A stretch of 55,472 nucleotides of DNA, counting the filler, from Dirinaria sp. TL-2023a (taxonomy: Eukaryota), in assembly GCA_051941275.1 (NCBI GenBank). It is 5 parts of 5 records of this genome, joined end to end, with 100 filler letters (N's around TTAATTAATTAA, not from the genome) between each part and the next. Parts side by side here need not be neighbours in the genome. Positions count along the whole stretch, not along the records: positions 44,492 to 55,472 come from JAVEBF010000884.1; 4 more parts are not named here. The stretch is one strand, 5' to 3'. Of the stretch, positions 49,737 to 55,472 are shown piece after piece (the stretch's first letter is position 1; the number at the start of each line of letters is the position of its first letter). The notes below the pieces were generated by a model. That model did no database searches. It had not been told where the DNA came from and worked only from the letters and a program-made list of their open reading frames with translations. The translations under genes and the position numbers were made by a program.

Positions 49737-50121
49737 AGTCCAAAAACTGCATTTTGACAATAAAAATAACAAATCGTCATTTCTGAGACATCTACCGGTG
49801 CCCTTTTGAAACTTTCTATTATTCACTTCGATGATTTCAATGTGGCTGTGAATACGCTGTCAAAGGAGATACACTCTGGGTCCTGAGAGTTTTGATGGCC
49901 AGCTAATAGTTGGCTAATCTGGGAATGTAGTTCTATGATAAATTCCGACCCGCTGACTTGCGGCTGTCGCATCTGGAATATGGTTAGGAGCCTAGAATCC
50001 CACGCTTTGGCGGATGGAATTGGAGGAATGCCATCTGCGGTTGTATACGCGGTCGCATAAAGCACGCTGGCTTGACCTACTCAGGTGGTTTCAATGAGCA
50101 GACATTCGTTATTTTTATTCA

Positions 50122-50901
50122 ATGGCTATTGTCATTCAACTTGCCGCTGTCGCTGCCTTATTCTCTGCCTGGGTGACCGCCAATGGCCATGGACAAACGA
50201 TATGTAACGTAGCACCCTATGGCAGACCTCATCCTATAAAATGTATTGCGTTATGGAGGAACTTCGCAGATGGACGGGATGATGCGCTCCGAGTTTTCGA
50301 TGAAGAGCAGCTTCGTGAGGATGAAGGTCGATCGTGGCCAGGCATTGTGAACCCATTCAAACCTCGGGTTATACAACTGCCTCGATCATGGACCAACGGT
50401 AAGTCTTGTGTGGTATTTGTATACTGTATCGCTGAAGCCTATCGCTGATGTAAGGATATCCAGGCGACTGCAATTTCGCACTGATGAGCTTTGCCAGTGT
50501 CTCTATGCTCAATGAAACGTCCGCCCCGAATGATGTATCGGGCGTAGGAGCTACAAGCTGGCAGAAAATTGTAAACGGAGTAGGTCTCTTGATAAGCAAG
50601 TGCATTGAACATCGTGCAACAGGTGGAGCAGTCATCCTCTTCTCTTGTGAGTTCCGGTATCCAAGGAAAAAGGTTGCGTGCCGTAGTGCTTATTAATTCA
50701 TATTTTGAAGCACTTATGCCAGTACGTCCCATCTTGACAATGTTCATTTGGCGATCGGGCTCGGAGTTTGATACGATTTTCGATGGCTATCAAACCAATC
50801 CACATGGTGTTCGTCCTTTCGATCCTGGCTTATTGAATATCAACGGCACAAATGTCTTGCAGATTGGTAGGAACACTTCGAGTAATGTTTCGGTAGCTTA
50901 G
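50122..50901 (+). CDS. Small secreted Cys-containing protein, tandem paralog B
   Basis: Signal peptide; LRVFDEEQL..NPF..QLPRSWTN|GDCNFALMS..TSW..C..GG; introns about 50399-50463 and 50647-50711. Confidence 0.8.
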
Positions 50902-51980
50902 GCTTGGACGTGGCCCTGTTGGCTCTTCCGCTTGGGTTCTTAAATATACCAATAAATAGAGCAGGCATGGGTTCGCTTTGGATGAGGCTGGCGTGATGTA
51001 TAGTGTACACCGATAAAAGCTCGATCTAGTCTAGTAAGTTCTACGACACAAATAGGTATTAACAAAAGATTATCCAAGCAAAAAGGCTCACCTTCTAGAT
51101 AGCATCGGAGCGTCTCAGCTGTGTCATGAGCTTTACTCAACTTTTTCTCCTTGTACAGTATCGCCTTTACGTCGTCACTGTCAAGGTACCCTGTTATCGT
51201 TCTACAGGTCAAAAGGACAGGCACAATATGCCAACCATTCAGACACGCTTCTGTGTTCATAATGCAAGCTAATTCTTTTATCCTTCTTCGCTCTCTCTGC
51301 GAAACAATTTCGGCATTTATCGATGCTCTCGCGGTCGAAAAGTAGTTGAAGCTCTTACTTGAGCTTGCACTGAAATCAATCTTCGGGGGTAGAAATTGAA
51401 TACATCACGGAAGCGCGATCTTGGGCAAGTAGAATACCAGCATTTTCGAGATAATCGGCTTTATAGCTCTGGCTTTCATCGAAGTCCTTTGGTAGTGGCT
51501 TCCTTACCGTGACTATTGGTAAGGTAAGCGTAAAGATTTATAATCATCAGTATTCCGCGTTGCTGTTTCTGTGCTCGAATTCATTTCGAAGTTTGCGAAG
51601 AAAAGTTTGAATGCTGGTTGGGTTTTGCGGTCGATCTGTTAGATCCCTTAAGCAAATCCATGCTCGTCTCTTTAGCCGAATATAACGAGAGCAAAGTCCT
51701 CGTGCTGAATGATAGCTTTGCTCAGTTGGTGGCTTGGTTCATGCACGATATAGTGGATTGTCATGCTGAGCCGTGGATGCAAGCTAGTTCACTGTCTCAA
51801 CGACCGTATGAATCGCAGTGCTAATATAGACTAAGGTATAATTCTGGATCTTCTCAGACAATATAAAATCGAGGACAAAGAGCGGTTAAGGTACTGTCGG
51901 TGACGTGTCAGACACGAAGAACCCCATTAATGATGTACCCGAGTAAAGCCCTGGCAACATATGTACGAGTACAGGTGTGA

Positions 51981-53740
51981 TCACACCATGGCTTCATGAT
52001 CCTCGGGGATTTCATTTTCCGACAGGTCGTCCATATGCTGCTTCGCCCAAGGCGAATGAAGCCGCAAAGTACGTCCATACTTCGACAATACGAAAGGTAT
52101 TGGAATGAGAAAAAGTGACAGGAAGCCGAGAATGCTACTAGCCCATTCAAAGCCTACATTGTTGTACATTTGTCGCCCGAAGAGTGGAAACCCAGCACCG
52201 GCTATGTTTCGGAGAAGACCGATGCCGGCGAGTGCCGAAGCACTGAAAACCTTTGGTGGATATCAATCCATGTCGAGCTTCTATGTAAATAGTAAGGGGC
52301 TTGCATACCTTGTACGAGTCTTCCGTATAGGTGTAAGTCATCAGAATCAATGTATAGAACGACCAGCCCCACATTGATGATGCTAAGATGGGCACTATCC
52401 AGTGTACGCTTCGGAAAGACGTCCAAGCAAACCAAAACAGCGAAACAGGAAGCGCTAAGATGTCAATATCAGTAGAGGAGCATTATAGCGTAGCTTTCAA
52501 CTCACTAATAGCCGCTACCTTCCCAGCTTCAACTCTAGCTTCTGGTAAATTCTTGCCTCCTGCTTCCGCGACTCTCTTTTGGTAATGACGCTCCTGCCGA
52601 AGGTTCGTGACGATACCTGAAGTTATACCAACACAGATACCCAAGAAGGAAAGTCCAACGCCCGAAACTTCGAAGTCATGGCCTCCAGGTCCGAAGACGA
52701 GGGCAAATGCATCATTAAAGAGAAAGCTTAGCCCATATAAATACCCATTGTACAATGCCGCGAAGATCACGATTGCCTCGGTGAAGAGGAATCTGAATGG
52801 TCTCAGTAGTGCGTCATTATATAATTCCCGTCCTCCCTTTCGCTTCAAGGCGTCAGGAACCTCAATAGCTTGGTTTCCAGTCTCCTTTCGCTGGCGAGCT
52901 GCACGTCGAAGGAGCAGAGTACTATGTCTTGTCTCCTTAATTGTCAGGATAAGGATCAACCATACACCGCCACATACTCCAAGAAGGGCCCAAAAGATAT
53001 CTCGCCAGCCCCGATGCTGAGCCACAAACGAGAATAAGAAATAGCCAAGGGGGCTTCCGACTGTAGCAGCCCATAGGAAAACACTCATGGGTATACCTGT
53101 GGCATGCGGTTCGAAGAGATCTGCGATAGTACCTCCAAAGTTGGCTGTAGAATGATCACTTGGTTAGCCGATAGGTCTACCACAGCTCCTTGGCTTACCT
53201 ATGGTCACTGCGGCGAACCAGCCGGACAAAAAGCGAAGCACCAGAAAACCACCGAGGGATGGCACCAACGCTGAACCAAGAAGAAACAGGAGATTTATGC
53301 CATAGGATATTATATAAATTGGAGATCGCCCATAGTACTGCAGTTTTTCGTTACTTCAATCCCCCAGTGCCTTGCAATGCGCTCACCTCTGATAAAGGAG
53401 CCAATGTCATGGGTCCAAAAGCGAAACCTAACACGCACAGACTCAATCCCAACGTCGCAACCTCAGCAGAGACGCCTAGATCTTTGGCAAATTTTGTGCT
53501 CGCTGGGGAGAAGCCTGAAGCGATGAAGCTCACAGTGAGATCGATGAGGGCAATAGCCATGACAATAGACCACTTCCGCCATAGTGGCCAATTGCGTGGG
53601 TTTTCACGGTCGCCTGGTAGAAATGTGACCCGTTTGACATCGGCGCTGCCGGATATCTGAGTTGGTCCTCTTAATGCCCCTCCGGTCTCAGTGTTGATGC
53701 CGCTGTCGTCAGCCTTCCTGTCCTTGTTGCGGTCTGCCAT
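51981..53740 (-). CDS. MFS multidrug transporter (DHA1 family)
   Basis: PGDRENPRNWPLWRKW, GPMTLAPLSE|YYGR, GGTIADLF, GWRDIFW, PEAR, MYNNVGFEWASSILGF; at least four introns. Confidence 0.93.
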
Positions 53741-55472
53741 CTTCAATGTTCTATTTGACTTGACGAGATATTTCGTTTGTCACGAGCATCATCGGAGCAA
53801 AGCAAATCGAGCTCCAGGCATTCTCGGATGATCAGTGAACAGCTTGTTTGGTCTCTGCCTCAAATGCACTGAAAACCCGAAATGACGTAACCGATCATAT
53901 CCCATGCACCTTTACATGTTATATGTGCATCAGTTTTTGCGACAAGCTTTTCCTTACGTACTTACCGAGATACGTATGTTCTCAAAGTAACTACTAAACA
54001 AGCCATCGAGCGTCAAGGCCGAGTATGACCGACACTCATGGCCGCCTGCGGCTAAAGGCAGCAGAGATCTCCATGTCGTCATTATATCTACTCAGGGTTC
54101 AAACAGGTTTGTGTTGACCGGCGTGCACTACTGAGGTTCTCCGTCCTTCAAGTCGTTCCTGGGCAACAATTAAGTTCTTTTGGGCACAGGTGCAGCAGCG
54201 TGAACATGACACTGATATTCCGCCTGATCATGTTTTTGAGGGTTGAATACTCAGTACTCATCAAGCAACTTGTGAACGCCGTGGCAAAACAATTAATCTC
54301 TACGGAAGACCACACCAAAAGCCCTGGCTAGCGTCATGTACGCCCAAACTAGTCGTCCAAGTCACCAAGGTCCAGGTACGGAAGCTTCGAAGAGCAAAGT
54401 GTTGGAAATTGAGATTTTTGATGACACTAAGGATACCTTAGAATTGCCAGGAGGATTTGGCCCATTAAATAAGGTAGGTACCTTACACATAAACATGCCA
54501 AGACGCTAGGTATAAGCGAAATTCCAACACAAAGTTGGCAGTTAAACAGTTTGAGTTGACCCCAACATGTAAAAACCAAAGCTCAGACCTATTCGTATCC
54601 ATTTCCCGAAGGACGCTGAGCGCTAATAATTTCCATCGAAATTGGAGGCGAAGGAAAGATTGAAAGCGTGGTCTTCGGCCGACTGCGGGATGGTAGCATT
54701 TACTCGCTTGCAGTACGGGAAGTAACAGCTAGAAGAATCAGTACACTCAAACTTTTATACTTTGAGGAACAAACATCATAGTGTAAGGTACCTACCTTAT
54801 TTATGTAGTCTATTTTATCTTAGTGTCTGCACCGAACCTAAGTATGCACGTGAGTCTCTCAGCTATATCGAGTACTTGAATGTCAACAGAGCAAACCAAT
54901 AACGAACCAACAGTCAAGCACTGGATGTGAGCGTCCATCAAGGGTGAAAATATTAGCGTGTCTGGCCGAAATGCTGCCCAATCTTGGTTGAAGCCACGTC
55001 CAGACGAAATATGAGACCCCCTCATCTCCTAAAGTGTAAACATTCTTATAATCCTCAGTCGTATCTAGCAGTCACATCGTGACATGCATAAGTAGACTTT
55101 TGTGCTTGGCTGTGGCCTGGGGTTACTAAATGAATATTTACTCATGCTCCTGAGTAGCGCGAGTAAACAATCAAAAGATTAATATGTAGCTGGGGGGATT
55201 TGTCGTCAGTTCGTCCGCGCGAGACATCTTGTGAGTCCTTGCTCAGTCTTGCGTAGCATTTTCATGGGTTTTCTCTGGCGGACTGAGGTCGATCGACTCG
55301 AGTAAATGCTTGTTAAGCAAATTATCTTGTGTCTACGCTCAAAACTTTAGCCAGAAGTGACGTCTGCAACTTGTGCATCGCTGTAGAGGTTGAAGTAAGG
55401 TATTGTTGTGCGTCACAGGCGGGAGGGTTTGAGGGGTTTCAATGGAACATGTTAGTGGGTTCTGAGCTATGT

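Overview
Eukaryotic DNA from a filamentous ascomycete (short GT-AG introns, CTRAC-type branch sites; a lichen-forming Lecanoromycete is a guess). The window is five unrelated contigs of about 11 kb, joined by artificial 100-nt N/TTAATTAATTAA/N linkers, so gene order across linkers means nothing. Housekeeping genes: malate synthase (PTS1), CBP4 (missed by the ORF track), a Sel1-repeat chitin synthase activator (CaaX), RCE1, RFC4, a yapsin-like protease, ABZ1, MED6, an SLD7-like gene, partial ELP5 and an MFS transporter. Contig 3 holds the most interesting accessory DNA: a divergent pair of secreted proteins, one Kex2-processed with a motif recalling bacterial polymorphic-toxin nuclease tips, and a decaying P450 + 3-beta-HSD relic broken by a 207-bp solo-LTR-like insertion with a 5-bp target-site duplication. 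Also present: three members of a small Cys-patterned secreted family and an ankyrin-like + ClpB-type single AAA+ protein. All family assignments come from recalled motifs, not database searches.
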